In this document: positions 10,296 to 20,182 of the stretch, piece after piece
Numbering within the stretch: the stretch's first letter is position 1
Layout: the number at the start of each line of letters is the position of its first letter
Source of the DNA: Thermoanaerobaculia bacterium
GTDB lineage: Bacteria > Acidobacteriota > Thermoanaerobaculia > UBA5066
Length of the DNA: 64,000 nucleotides
Direction: 5' to 3'
Assembly: GCA_963816185.1 (NCBI GenBank)
Contig: CAWFJJ010000025.1
Coordinates: 512,001-576,000, forward strand
Program-made: the position numbers and the translations under genes
The notes under the pieces: model-generated
What the model saw: only the letters and a program-made list of their open reading frames with translations
What the model was told of the DNA's origin: nothing
Database searches by the model: none

Positions 10296-11212
10296 CGCGC
10301 CAGAAGACGCGAACGCGCGGGGGTCTTCGAAGCGTCCTTCTCGTCTTCTTCGGTGTTGCCCTCGGCGTGTCCGCGACCTTCTTCGCTCGGGGCTGTGCGC
10401 GCCGGGAACAGCCGCCCGCTCCCGGCCCGCGGCCCACGCCTTCGAAGAGTCCGTCGCGCCCCACGCCTCCCGGCGCGGCGCGGCGGGCGCCGGCGCTCCC
10501 GTCCGATTTCGAGCCCGCCGATCTCCGGCGGGGAGGCGTTGTGGCGGTCGTCGTCGACGATGTGGGCTACGACGAGCGCGCTCTGGAGACTCTCGCGCGC
10601 TGGGACGCTCCGTTCGCTGTTGCGGTGATTCCGAGCGCGCCCTTCGCGTCCCGCGCCGTAAAGCTGGCGCGGGAGAAGGGCTGGGACCTCCTGGTCCATC
10701 TGCCGATGGAGCCGGAGTCGGGCCCGTCCGAAGCCGAGGCGATCGGCGTTGGAGACGACGACGACGCCATTCGCGGCCGGGTCCTCACGGCTCTCGCGAA
10801 GACGCCCGGTGCGATCGGCATCAACAACCATCAGGGTTCGAAGGCGACGGCCGACGCGCGCGTCGTGCGTGCCGTTCTCGGCGTTGTCAAGGACAGGGGC
10901 CTTTTCTTCCTGGACTCGCGGACGACGAACGCGTCCGTCGCGGGCGCCGAGGCGGCCGAGATGCGTGTCCCGTTCCTCGCCCGGGACGTCTTCCTCGACG
11001 ACGTCGCCGCCGAGACAGCCGCGAAAGGGGGCGTCCCCGAGGCGCTCGAGACGGCATGGGAGAAAGCGCTGGCGCTCGCGGCGAAGAAGGGCCAGGCGAT
11101 CGTGATCGGCCACCCGCGAAGGGAGACTCTCGCGTTCCTTTCGGAGAGACTCGGTTTGCTCGGAAAGAAGGATGGGCCGAGGGCGGTTCGAATTTCCGAG
11201 CTGGTCCCATAG
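10292..11212 (+). CDS. Divergent polysaccharide deacetylase (YibQ-like)
   Basis: VVVDDVGY, VHLPMEP, GINNHQGS, FFLDSRT, RDVFLDD, IGHP. Confidence 0.9.
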   Translation: MTRQKTRTRGGLRSVLLVFFGVALGVSATFFARGCARREQPPAPGPRPTPSKSPSRPTPPGAARRAPALPSDFEPADLRRGGVVAVVVDDVGYDERALETLARWDAPFAVAVIPSAPFASRAVKLAREKGWDLLVHLPMEPESGPSEAEAIGVGDDDDAIRGRVLTALAKTPGAIGINNHQGSKATADARVVRAVLGVVKDRGLFFLDSRTTNASVAGAEAAEMRVPFLARDVFLDDVAAETAAKGGVPEALETAWEKALALAAKKGQAIVIGHPRRETLAFLSERLGLLGKKDGPRAVRISELVP

Positions 11213-11335
11213 AAAATAGGAAGAGAAGATTTTGGTTTTCTGATATGCGGCGGCCGCTGTTGCGGCCGCCCCCGGGATGGGGATTTTTCTGATATTCGGG
11301 GCTGCAGATGCAGCCCCGATAGAAGAAATCTTCTT

Positions 11336-11410
11336 CCCGGATGTCCGGAGTCAAGGGCGCGCTACGCGCGCCGCGCAGCGGTCGAAGACCCTTGACACCG
11401 GACATCCGGG
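11336..11410. repeat. 22-bp inverted repeat (1 mismatch) around a 31-nt loop, between convergent genes
   Basis: CCCGGATGTCCGGAGTCAAGGG ... CCCTTGACACCGGACATCCGGG. Confidence 0.85.
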
Positions 11411-11456
11411 GAGCATCCGAATCCTCCTCGTCCTCGTCTTCCTTCTCTTCGTCTTT

Positions 11457-12263
11457 CTAAGAAGAATCTCTTTGGTGCTCCTCGGACTTCACCTGATCCC
11501 ACAGTGCGTCGAGTTCCGCGAGGGGAGTCGTCTTGACCTCTTTCCCCGCCGCCTTTGCCCGCCGTGCCACCTCCTCGAAGCGCCGCCGGAACTTGTCGTT
11601 CGTGCCCTGAAGCGCGGCCTCGGGATCCACGCCGTGGCGGCGCGCTACGTTCACGACGGTGAAGAGGAGATCGCCGATCTCGGCCGCCACGCGCGGCTTT
11701 CGCTCGCCGCCCGGCGCCAGGAGCTCGGCCTTGAACTCGGCGACCTCCTCGTCCAGCTTGACGAGGACGTCCGCGTCGCGCTCCCAGTCGAAACCGAGGT
11801 CCGCGGCGCGCGAGGTCAGACGCACGGCCTTCAGGAGCGCCGGAAGGGCGCGCGGGACGCCGTCGAACGGCGAGGGGGGGCGGCCCTCCTTCTCTCGCTC
11901 CTTGCGCTTGAGCTCCTCCCATTGCACGCGGACGCCGTCGGCATCGTGCACGGCGGCCTCGCCGAAGACGTGCGGGTGGCGGGCGACCATCTTGTCGTGG
12001 ATGCGCCGCGCGACGCTCTCGAAGTCGAACGCGCCCCGCTCCTGGCCGAGCTTCGCGAGAAAAACGATCTGGAAGAGAAGATCGCCCAGCTCGCCCTCGA
12101 GCTCCCGCCAGTCCTCGCGGGAAAGAGCCTCGAGAACCTCGTAGCACTCCTCGAGAAGATATCCGGCGAGATCGTCGGCGGTTTGCTTCCGGTCCCACGG
12201 GCACTCCCTTCGGAGCCTTTCCATGAGCGCGACGAGAGCCCCCGCCCCGTCCGAATCTTCCAT
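11457..12263 (-). CDS. mazG: Nucleoside triphosphate pyrophosphohydrolase MazG
   Basis: CPWDRKQT, EECYEVLEA, ELGDLLFQI, RHPHVFG, GFDW, EIGDLLF; ATG at 12263. Confidence 0.92.
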   Translation of the reverse strand: MEDSDGAGALVALMERLRRECPWDRKQTADDLAGYLLEECYEVLEALSREDWRELEGELGDLLFQIVFLAKLGQERGAFDFESVARRIHDKMVARHPHVFGEAAVHDADGVRVQWEELKRKEREKEGRPPSPFDGVPRALPALLKAVRLTSRAADLGFDWERDADVLVKLDEEVAEFKAELLAPGGERKPRVAAEIGDLLFTVVNVARRHGVDPEAALQGTNDKFRRRFEEVARRAKAAGKEVKTTPLAELDALWDQVKSEEHQRDSS

Positions 12264-12312
12264 GCGCGCAACCTCCCGGCGTTTACGTAAAATACGCTGA
12301 CCCGAGGGGTTT

Positions 12313-12765
12313 ATGTCCGAAAGCGAGAAACCGATCAAGGTCGTGGATCGCCGCCTTTTCACGGCCGACGGCGAGGTGCGCGCGGAAGCGCAGGCGGAGC
12401 TCGCGGCACCCGATCCGACGCCCGAGCCGGTACCCGCCGCTCCCGAGCCGACTCCCGTCGAACCGGTGCCGGTCACGAGCCCGGCGTTCCTTCGCCTGCT
12501 CGACATGCTTGCGCAGACAGCGGCGCTCTATATGGAAGGTTTTCCCGACCCGGCGACCGGACGCCGCCAGGCGGATCTCGCGGGGGCCCGGCAGATCGTC
12601 GACTCTCTGCTCGCTCTTCGCGAGAAGACGCGCGCGCGGCTCTCCTTCGAGGAGTCCGACGCGCTCGACGGATTGCTCGGCGAGCTCCAGCTCGCGTTCA
12701 CGCGGCTCGCGGGCGCCCCGAAGCCGAAGCCCCCCGGCCCGCCTCCTGCGGCGAGGCGCGGCTGA
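12313..12765 (+). CDS. DUF1844 family protein
   Basis: KVVDRRLFT N-terminus; DLAGARQIVDSLLALREKTR..LS.EES. Confidence 0.75.
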   Translation: MSESEKPIKVVDRRLFTADGEVRAEAQAELAAPDPTPEPVPAAPEPTPVEPVPVTSPAFLRLLDMLAQTAALYMEGFPDPATGRRQADLAGARQIVDSLLALREKTRARLSFEESDALDGLLGELQLAFTRLAGAPKPKPPGPPPAARRG

Positions 12766-14726
12766 GGTCCTCCGGGACCTCTTCGTCGGCGGGGCGCCGC
12801 ACGGCCCTGCACGGGCGTGCCGCTGCGTCTCTTCTCGCCCTGCTCGCGCTCTTCCACGCGGCTCCCGCCCATTGCCAGGTCCTGGTCGCGCCCGGCGAGT
12901 CCAACGAGACCGCCTTCCGGAAGCTGGTTCGCGGACAGTGGTTCGGCTGGCTCGCCGCGCAGGAAGAGGGAGACAGCGCGCTGGCGCGCTCCAAGGTGGA
13001 CGAGATTCTCAAGCATGCGCAGAAGATCGAGATCCGGCGCATGACGGATCTCGCCCTGTCCGCGACGCTTCTCGGGCGCCGCGCCCTCGCGGCAGGCAAG
13101 AAAACGAGCGCGCGTGAGGCGTTCACCAGCGCGATACGCCTCGATCCGGACCTCCCCGAGCCCCGCTGGGCGCGCCTGTCGCTGTCTACTTCGTCTCGGG
13201 CCTGGGGTGATCTCGTCCCGGACTTTCTCGGAGCGGTTCGCGCGACGTTCGCCGACGGTGAGTCCCGGCGCGTCGTCCTCGTGCGCCTCCTCCTGATCTT
13301 CCTGCTGACGGCCTGCGCCGCCGCTCTCGCCGCCATTCTCGTGCTCTTCGTCCGGCACGGGCCGCGCCTCGTCCACGACCTGACGGAGTCGGCGGACGGA
13401 ATTCTTCACGGGAAAGCCACCGGAGTCGCGGTCGCCGCGTTTCTCGCCGCGCCTCTCCTTCTCTCGCTGGACGTTCTATGGCTCGCGCTCTTCTTGTTCG
13501 TCCTGCTCTTCGGCTACGCGAGCCTCGCGCAGAAGATCGCAACCGTTCTCGCGCTCGTCCTCTCGATGCTGTTCTTGCCGATCCTGGATCGGGTCGGATA
13601 CGACCTCGCCATCACCTCGTCGCCGATCCTCCGCGCCGCCGAGGCTCTTCACGAGTCCCGCTACGACCAGCGTGTCCTCGACAATCTCGAGGCGGCCAAG
13701 AACATCATTCCCGACGACGTCGACATCCGGTTCGTTCTCGGGCGTCTCTATCAGGCGCTCGGGCAGAACGACCGCGCGATCTACGAGTACACGGAAGGCT
13801 CGCGCATGGCCCCCGGGGACGTGCGGTGCCTCGTCAATCGCGGCAACATCCGCTTCGTGGACGGCGATCTCGGTTCCGCGCAGGAGGACTACCAGGAGGC
13901 GCTGAAACGCGACGGCCGCAGCATCACGGCGCGATACAACCTCGCACTGCTCTACGCCGAGACGTTCCGGACGATCGAGGCGGCCCAGACGCTGCAGGAG
14001 GCGCGGGCGCTCGATGCGCACGCGGTCCAGGCCTTTCAGGAGACGCCGACGCTCGTGAAGGTCGTCTCGATCGGCTTCACGCGGGACGAGGCGCGCGAAA
14101 AGATCGAGCGCATGGAGCACGACAGCCGCACCCGGCGCCTCCTGGGACACTACCGGAGCTACCAGCTTTGGGACGGACTCGGCCTCCCGCGGCTGACGCT
14201 GAGTCCCTTCTCCGTGGATTTGGGCGTGCCGCATTTCTGGGCCGTTCTTCTCGCGATCGGCTCAGCCGTCTTTCTGGACCGTTCGCGCAAGCTCGGGCGC
14301 GGGTACGCCTCCGGATGCCAGAAGTGCGGCCGGTCCTTCTGCCGGCTGTGCAAGCCGCCGGGGGAGAGCGCCCTCCTTTGTTCACAATGCGTCCACGTGT
14401 ATCTCAAGAAAGACGGCGTCGCGATCGAGACGAAGCTCCAGAAGCTCGAGGATGTCAGGCGGCGCCGGACGCTCGAAGAACGCGTTCAGCTGGTCCTGAA
14501 CACCCTGCTCCCGGGCTCGTCGGCGTTCCTCGATTCGCGCCTCGCTTCGGCCGCGGCCGCGTTCGGCCTGTTCGCGTTCGGCCTTCTCGCGATCCTCCTC
14601 CGGGATGCGCTCGCGACGTTGCCGCGGCCGACGCTCACGGCCGGGACTCCCGGCGTCTTCTTCTGGATGGCCGTCGCTCTGGCCGGTTGGATCGTCGGAT
14701 TCGTCACCTCGACGCGCAGGGCCTGA
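12762..14726 (+). CDS. Membrane TPR protein with Cys-rich (CxxC..CxxC..CxxC) zinc-binding segment; probable CTG start
   Basis: Frame open from CTG 12762, encoding a signal peptide (SLLALLALFHAAPAHC-Q); TM bundle, TPRs, CQKCGRSFCRLC..CSQC. Confidence 0.75.
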   Translation: MRSSGTSSSAGRRTALHGRAAASLLALLALFHAAPAHCQVLVAPGESNETAFRKLVRGQWFGWLAAQEEGDSALARSKVDEILKHAQKIEIRRMTDLALSATLLGRRALAAGKKTSAREAFTSAIRLDPDLPEPRWARLSLSTSSRAWGDLVPDFLGAVRATFADGESRRVVLVRLLLIFLLTACAAALAAILVLFVRHGPRLVHDLTESADGILHGKATGVAVAAFLAAPLLLSLDVLWLALFLFVLLFGYASLAQKIATVLALVLSMLFLPILDRVGYDLAITSSPILRAAEALHESRYDQRVLDNLEAAKNIIPDDVDIRFVLGRLYQALGQNDRAIYEYTEGSRMAPGDVRCLVNRGNIRFVDGDLGSAQEDYQEALKRDGRSITARYNLALLYAETFRTIEAAQTLQEARALDAHAVQAFQETPTLVKVVSIGFTRDEAREKIERMEHDSRTRRLLGHYRSYQLWDGLGLPRLTLSPFSVDLGVPHFWAVLLAIGSAVFLDRSRKLGRGYASGCQKCGRSFCRLCKPPGESALLCSQCVHVYLKKDGVAIETKLQKLEDVRRRRTLEERVQLVLNTLLPGSSAFLDSRLASAAAAFGLFAFGLLAILLRDALATLPRPTLTAGTPGVFFWMAVALAGWIVGFVTSTRRA

Positions 14727-14729
14727 CGG

Positions 14730-16037
14730 ATGGCGCTCGAAGGCACGCTCCGGGACTTCTCGCTGGCGGACATCCTCCAGCTCATCTCGCTTCAGCACAA
14801 GACCGGCCTCCTCACGGTGCGCGGACCCGCCGACACCGTGACGCTCGGGTTTCTCGACGGGATGCTCGTCTCGGCCGAGTCGTCCGCGCAGCGGCTCGAC
14901 ACGCGTCTCGGGACCGTCCTCGTCAAGACCCGGCGACTCACGGCGGAAGCGCTCGCGCGGGCCCTCGAGATGCAGGCCCAGACGCTGCAGCGGCTCGGCT
15001 TCATCCTGCTCAAGAACGGGTTCTGTTCCGTGCAGGACCTGCGAGATGGGCTCGACATCCAGATCAAGCGGATCGCATACGGACTGTTCCGGTGGACGGA
15101 CGGCGACTACGTCTTCGAGCAAACGGAGCAGGTCGACTACGACGCCGAGTCGACGACGCCCATCGCCGTCGAGCGCCTCCTCATGGAGGGCGCCCGGATG
15201 ATCGACGAGTGGCCGATCGTCGAGAAAGTGGTCTGGTCCCTCGACATCGTGTATCAGAGGGTTCCCGTCGCGCAGCCTGTCATCCCGGCGGAGGACGAGG
15301 ACGCGGTCGAGGACGTCGAGGACTCCACGCTCGCGCGGCGCGCCCGCGAGAAAAGGCTCGATCCGATCCGTGTCTCGCGCGCCGAATGGTCCGTCTACGA
15401 GCTCGTGGACGGCACGAGAACCGTCGCCGAGGTCAACGAGCTGGCTTTTTTGTCGGAGTTCGACGGATGCAAAGCGTTCTTCGATCTCGTAAGCCGCGGG
15501 CTCGTCGAGGAGTCGACGCCGCGTCCCGAGGAGCTTCCCCAGGAGGCGCTCATCGCGGACGTCTCCGCGCACCCGCGACGGATCCGCAGGCCGCTCGACA
15601 TCGCCCTTCTCGCCGGCCTCGCTCTGGCGGTGCTCGCGGTCGGCGCCTTCAAGCTTCAGTCGAAGAACCCGCTGAACGTGCTCACGCTGCCGCCGCGCCG
15701 CGTGGCCCTCGTGGACGGGTTCAAGAAGTCTCTTTCGCTCCTCAAGCTCCGGAGGATTGCCGAAGGAGTGGACTCTTACACGCTTCTTTCCGGGCGCCTC
15801 CCGGAGACGATGGAGACGCTCGTGAGCTCGCACATCCTGGCGGCCGGCGATCTCAGGGATCCTTGGGGGGCCACGTATCGCTATATCGTCCGGGACGACA
15901 AGTTCTATCTGGTTGGCTTCGATCCTCTCGGCCATACTGACCCGGACCTCCTGTTCTCCCGCACGGTTGTCCTCCGGGACACCAAGCGAGACGACATTCA
16001 GCCGCCTTCACCAAAGGAAATCACTATTGTAGAATAA
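14730..16037 (+). CDS. DUF4388 (PATAN-like) domain protein with TM and C-terminal GspG-like segment
   Basis: MALEGTLRDFSLADILQLISLQHKTG, LFRWTDGDYVF, LLMEGARMIDEW, DPWGATYRY. Confidence 0.8.
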   Translation: MALEGTLRDFSLADILQLISLQHKTGLLTVRGPADTVTLGFLDGMLVSAESSAQRLDTRLGTVLVKTRRLTAEALARALEMQAQTLQRLGFILLKNGFCSVQDLRDGLDIQIKRIAYGLFRWTDGDYVFEQTEQVDYDAESTTPIAVERLLMEGARMIDEWPIVEKVVWSLDIVYQRVPVAQPVIPAEDEDAVEDVEDSTLARRAREKRLDPIRVSRAEWSVYELVDGTRTVAEVNELAFLSEFDGCKAFFDLVSRGLVEESTPRPEELPQEALIADVSAHPRRIRRPLDIALLAGLALAVLAVGAFKLQSKNPLNVLTLPPRRVALVDGFKKSLSLLKLRRIAEGVDSYTLLSGRLPETMETLVSSHILAAGDLRDPWGATYRYIVRDDKFYLVGFDPLGHTDPDLLFSRTVVLRDTKRDDIQPPSPKEITIVE

Positions 16038-16082
16038 CTTACGGAATCTTCCTCAACACTGTAGGTGCCTCCGCATTAGAAC

Positions 16083-16111
16083 TTGACAACAACACGCTAA
16101 GATTCTAGATT
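16083..16111 (+). promoter_or_regulatory. Sigma70-type promoter of the dnaK operon
   Basis: TTGACA-N17-TAGATT in an AT-rich intergenic region; GGAGG RBS before ATG 16155. Confidence 0.75.
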
Positions 16112-16154
16112 AAGCCTTGGACCTACTTCAAGGAGGGTCCGGAGGACACCTGCA

Positions 16155-18065
16155 ATGAGCAAGATCATCGGTATAGACCTCGGCACCACGAACAGCGTCG
16201 TCGCCGTCCTCGAGGGCGGCACGGCCGAGGTCATCGCGAATTCGGAAGGGGGACGCACGACGCCTTCTGTCGTCGCCTATGCCAAGGGAGGCGAGCGCCT
16301 CGTCGGGCAGGTCGCCAAGCGCCAGGCGGTGACGAACTCCGAGAACACCGTGTACTCGATCAAGCGGTTCATGGGCCGCCGCTTCGACGAGGTGACCGAC
16401 GAAATGAAGATGGTGCCCTACAAGGTCGTTCGCTCCGCGAACGGCGACGCCCGCGTCTCGATCGGCGGCAAGGAGCTGTCTCCGCCCGAGATCTCCGCGA
16501 TGATCCTCACGAAGCTCAAGGAAGCCGCGGAGGCGTACCTCGGCGAGAAGGTGGACCGCGCCGTCATCACGGTGCCCGCCTATTTCAACGACGCGCAGCG
16601 CCAGGCGACGAAGGACGCGGGACAGATCGCGGGCCTCAAGGTCGAGCGCCTCGTCAACGAGCCGACGGCCGCGGCGCTCGCGTACGGACTCGACAAGAAG
16701 AAGAACGAGACGATCGCGGTCTACGACTTCGGAGGCGGCACGTTCGACATCTCGATCCTCGAAGTCGGCGAGGGCGTCGTCGAGGTCAAATCGACGAATG
16801 GGGACACTCACCTCGGCGGCGACAACATGGACCAGAGGATCGTCGAGTGGCTCGAGTCCGAGTTCAGGAAAGACCAGGGGATCGACCTTTCGAGGGACGC
16901 GATGGCGGTGCAGCGCCTCAAGGAAGCCGCCGAGAAGGCCAAGATCGAGCTCTCGACCACGGTCGAGACTGACGTGAACCTCCCGTTCATCACGGCCGAC
17001 GCCTCCGGGCCGAAACACCTCAACATCAAGCTCACGCGCGCGAAGCTGGAATCGCTCGTCGACGACCTCCTCCAGCGCTCGGTCGGTCCGTGCCGGCAGG
17101 CGCTCAAGGATGCTGGGCTCGATTCTTCGAAGATCGACGAAGTCGTTCTCGTCGGCGGCCAGACGCGCATGCCGAAGATTCAGCAGCTCGTGAAGGACTT
17201 CTTCGGCAAGGATCCGAACAAGTCCGTCAACCCCGACGAGGTCGTCGCGATCGGCGCGGCCCTGCAGGGCGGCGTTCTCGCGGGCGACGTGAAGGACCTC
17301 CTTCTCCTCGACGTGACGCCCCTTTCGCTGGGCGTCGAGACGCTCGGCGGCGTCATGACGAAGCTCATCGACCGCAACACGACGATTCCCACGAAGAAGG
17401 CCGAGACCTTCTCCACGGCCTCCGACGGCCAGACGTCCGTGGAGATCAAGGTGCTCCAGGGCGAGCGCGAGATGGCCGGCGACAACAAGCTCCTCGGCGT
17501 CTTCTCTCTCGTGGGGATCCCGCCGGCGCCACGCGGAATGCCGCAGGTCGAGGTCACGTTCGACATCGATGCGAACGGCATCCTGAACGTGTCGGCGAAG
17601 GACCGAGGCACGGGCAAGGAGCAGAAGATCACGATCACGTCGTCCTCCGGCCTCGACAAGAAAGAAGTCGAGAAGCTTGTCAAGGATGCCGAGGCGCACA
17701 GCGCCGGGGACAAGAAACGGCGAGAGGCGATCGAGGCCAAGAACGCGCTCGACGCGCTCATCTACTCGACCGAGAAGCTCGTGGACGAGAGCGGCGAGAA
17801 AGTGCCGGAGTCGGAGAAGGAGTCCGTCAAGGCGGCCGTCGCCGACGCGAAGAAGGTTCTCGAGTCGAGCCCCGGTGACGCCGAGGCGTTGAAGAAAGCG
17901 GCTCACGACCTGCAGAAGGCCAGCTACAAGATCGCCGAGGCTCTTTACAAGTCAGCCCCGGCGGGCGCGCCCGCGGGGGAGGGCGGCGAGGCGTCCCCCG
18001 ATTCGTCCTCATCGAAGCCGGCTGACGACGTCATCGACGCCGAGGTCGTGGATCAGAAGAAGTAA
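16155..18065 (+). CDS. dnaK: Chaperone DnaK (Hsp70)
   Basis: [47 protein letters not shown]. Confidence 0.98.
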   Translation: MSKIIGIDLGTTNSVVAVLEGGTAEVIANSEGGRTTPSVVAYAKGGERLVGQVAKRQAVTNSENTVYSIKRFMGRRFDEVTDEMKMVPYKVVRSANGDARVSIGGKELSPPEISAMILTKLKEAAEAYLGEKVDRAVITVPAYFNDAQRQATKDAGQIAGLKVERLVNEPTAAALAYGLDKKKNETIAVYDFGGGTFDISILEVGEGVVEVKSTNGDTHLGGDNMDQRIVEWLESEFRKDQGIDLSRDAMAVQRLKEAAEKAKIELSTTVETDVNLPFITADASGPKHLNIKLTRAKLESLVDDLLQRSVGPCRQALKDAGLDSSKIDEVVLVGGQTRMPKIQQLVKDFFGKDPNKSVNPDEVVAIGAALQGGVLAGDVKDLLLLDVTPLSLGVETLGGVMTKLIDRNTTIPTKKAETFSTASDGQTSVEIKVLQGEREMAGDNKLLGVFSLVGIPPAPRGMPQVEVTFDIDANGILNVSAKDRGTGKEQKITITSSSGLDKKEVEKLVKDAEAHSAGDKKRREAIEAKNALDALIYSTEKLVDESGEKVPESEKESVKAAVADAKKVLESSPGDAEALKKAAHDLQKASYKIAEALYKSAPAGAPAGEGGEASPDSSSSKPADDVIDAEVVDQKK

Positions 18066-18075
18066 GGGCCGCAAG

Positions 18076-18507
18076 ATGGTTTCTCGTCGCAAGGGGGCCC
18101 GGGCGAACGCCCCGGCCCCCGAACCGGCCCCGGCCGCGCGGGAGGCTTACGTCTTCATCGGCGTGGTCGCGCGGCGCTTCGGCGTCCACCCGCAAACGCT
18201 GCGCCTCTACGAGCGCGAGGGCCTCATCCGGCCCGCCCGCTCCTCCGGCAACACGCGGCTTTACGATCTCGAGACCGTCGAACGCCTCGAGATCATTCTC
18301 ACGCTCACGCGCGAGCTGGGTGTGAACCTGGCGGGTGTGGAGGTCATCCTGGAGCTGAAGTCGCGGCTGAAGCGCATGGAGGGCGAAGTCGGCCGACTCA
18401 TGGACTCCATCCGCGCGGTCGCGGCTGAACACGCGATCCGGAGCGGAGACGCGTCGCGGGCGCTTGCGATCCGTCCGAGGGGACCCATCGTTCTCACGAC
18501 CCGCTGA
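18076..18507 (+). CDS. hspR: MerR-family heat-shock repressor HspR-like
   Basis: IGVVARRFGVHPQTLRLYEREGLI, TRELGVNLAGVEVIL; directly after dnaK. Confidence 0.8.
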   Translation: MVSRRKGARANAPAPEPAPAAREAYVFIGVVARRFGVHPQTLRLYEREGLIRPARSSGNTRLYDLETVERLEIILTLTRELGVNLAGVEVILELKSRLKRMEGEVGRLMDSIRAVAAEHAIRSGDASRALAIRPRGPIVLTTR

Positions 18508-18548
18508 CGAGACCCCGGCGCGCCCCCCGAAGGGCATAAACTCTTTCG

Positions 18549-19436
18549 GTGACCCAGCGCCTGCGCCCCGAGGACGATTCCAAGGTCCTGAGAAAGTATC
18601 TCGACGACATCGCGCGGTACGCGATCCTCACGCCCGAGCGGGAGCGGGAGCTCGGGCGGATCATCCAGAACCCGGAATCCTCCGAAGACGTCCGGCGCGA
18701 GGCCGTCGACGAGCTCGTTCGCGGAAACCTGAGGTTCGTCGTCTCCTACGCGAAGCGGTTCCATTCCCCCGGCATCTCGTTCCTCGATCTCATCAACGAG
18801 GGCAACATCGGGCTCATCCAGGCAGCCCGGCGCTTCGACCCCGATCGCGGCGTCAAATTCATCACGTATGCGGTCTGGTGGGTCCGCCAGGCGATCTCGA
18901 ACGCGCTGTCCGAGCAATGGGGGGCGATCCGTCTCCCGCACAAGCAGGCGACGCTCCATTCGCGCCTGGGACGCGTGAAAGAGGCTCTTTCTCGGTCGCT
19001 CGGCCGTGAAGCCACGATGGAAGAGATCGCGACGGAGGCCGGCCTTCGCCCGGACGAGGCCGAGAATCTCATGGCCATGTCGCGCAGCTCCGAGTCGCTT
19101 TCGGAGCTTTTCGGCGCCGAGGAGGACCGCACGCTCGGGGACACGCTCGAGCAGACGTCCGTTGCGGCCGCCGACGACCAGCTCCTCCAGAGGTCGTCCG
19201 TGGAGCAGACGCGGAACCTCCTCGAGTCGCTTCCGAAGAAGGAGCGCGCGATCCTCTGCCGCCGGTTCGGAATCCCGGAAGACGGCTCGGAGGGAGAGCG
19301 CGAGCCGATGACGCTGCAGGAGATCGGAGAAGAGCTGCGCCTCTCGCGTGAGCGCGTGCGCCAGATCGAGGCGCAGGCCATCGCGCGCATCAAGCGCACG
19401 ATGAAGAGCCGGGCCCTGAAGGCGTTCCTCAATTAA
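18549..19436 (+). CDS. Sigma-70 family factor (RpoD/RpoS-like, no region 1.1)
   Basis: YLDDIARYAILT, GNLRFVVSYAK, DLINEGNIGL, KFITYAVWWVRQAI, TLQEIG..LSRERVRQIE. Confidence 0.92.
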   Translation: MTQRLRPEDDSKVLRKYLDDIARYAILTPERERELGRIIQNPESSEDVRREAVDELVRGNLRFVVSYAKRFHSPGISFLDLINEGNIGLIQAARRFDPDRGVKFITYAVWWVRQAISNALSEQWGAIRLPHKQATLHSRLGRVKEALSRSLGREATMEEIATEAGLRPDEAENLMAMSRSSESLSELFGAEEDRTLGDTLEQTSVAAADDQLLQRSSVEQTRNLLESLPKKERAILCRRFGIPEDGSEGEREPMTLQEIGEELRLSRERVRQIEAQAIARIKRTMKSRALKAFLN

Positions 19437-19452
19437 GACCTAGAATCACGCC

Positions 19453-20178
19453 GTGGCCGCGAACGCTCCCGCCGGCGAAGTCTGCCCCGCGTGCAAAGGC
19501 TTCGGCGTCGTCGAGACTCCCGAGGGCCGCGTCGTCACCTGCCGTTGCCGGGCGGCCGACCTCGCGGAAGCCCGGCTGAAGGCCGCGGAGATTCCCCAGC
19601 GCTATCTGAACTGCAAGGTCGAGAACTACGACCTGAAGCGCACGGGAACCCCCCCGAGCCATGTGCGCGCGAGCCTGGTCGCGCGCAAGTTCATCGAGGA
19701 ATGGAAGACTCGGGATCGGGGCCTCCTGTTCATCGGACCCGTGGGCGTGGGCAAGACGCACCTTTCGGTCGCGATCCTCAAGGCGCTGATCGAGGACTGG
19801 GGAGTCAGGGGTCTCTTCTGCGACTTCTCGGATCTCCTCGAGAGGATCCAGGCGACCTTCTCCCGGGCGAACCCGGACAGCGCCGACGACGTCCTCGCCC
19901 CATATCGCGACGCCGAGCTGCTCGTCCTGGACGAGCTCGGCGCGCGCCGTCCGACCGACTGGGTGAGGGACGTTCTCTACGGGCTCATCAACACGCGCTA
20001 CAACCGCCAGCGCCTGACGATCGTCACCTCGAATTACTCCGACACGCCTTCCCGCACGGACGAAGAGACGCTCGAGAAGAGGATCGGCACGATGGTGCGG
20101 AGCCGCCTGTACGAGATGTGCGACCTCGTCGTGCTCGACGGGCCCGACTACCGGGCGTGGCGCGCCGTCAAGGTTTGA
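19453..20178 (+). CDS. DnaC/IstB-like AAA+ ATPase with N-terminal Zn motif
   Basis: CPACKG..CRC, Walker A GPVGVGKT, LLVLDELG, TSN, RSRLYEM, GPDYR. Confidence 0.85.
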   Translation: MAANAPAGEVCPACKGFGVVETPEGRVVTCRCRAADLAEARLKAAEIPQRYLNCKVENYDLKRTGTPPSHVRASLVARKFIEEWKTRDRGLLFIGPVGVGKTHLSVAILKALIEDWGVRGLFCDFSDLLERIQATFSRANPDSADDVLAPYRDAELLVLDELGARRPTDWVRDVLYGLINTRYNRQRLTIVTSNYSDTPSRTDEETLEKRIGTMVRSRLYEMCDLVVLDGPDYRAWRAVKV

Positions 20179-20182
20179 GAGG

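Noticed and set aside
16076-16135. CIRCE or HAIR operator at the dnaK promoter
   Set aside because: TTAGAACTT..ACACGCTAA and CTTG..CAAG match only partly and have the wrong spacing for TTAGCACTC-N9-GAGTGCTAA or CTTGAGT-N7-ACTCAAG.
19453-20178. IS21 element (istB)
   Set aside because: No istA transposase or terminal inverted repeats are adjacent.
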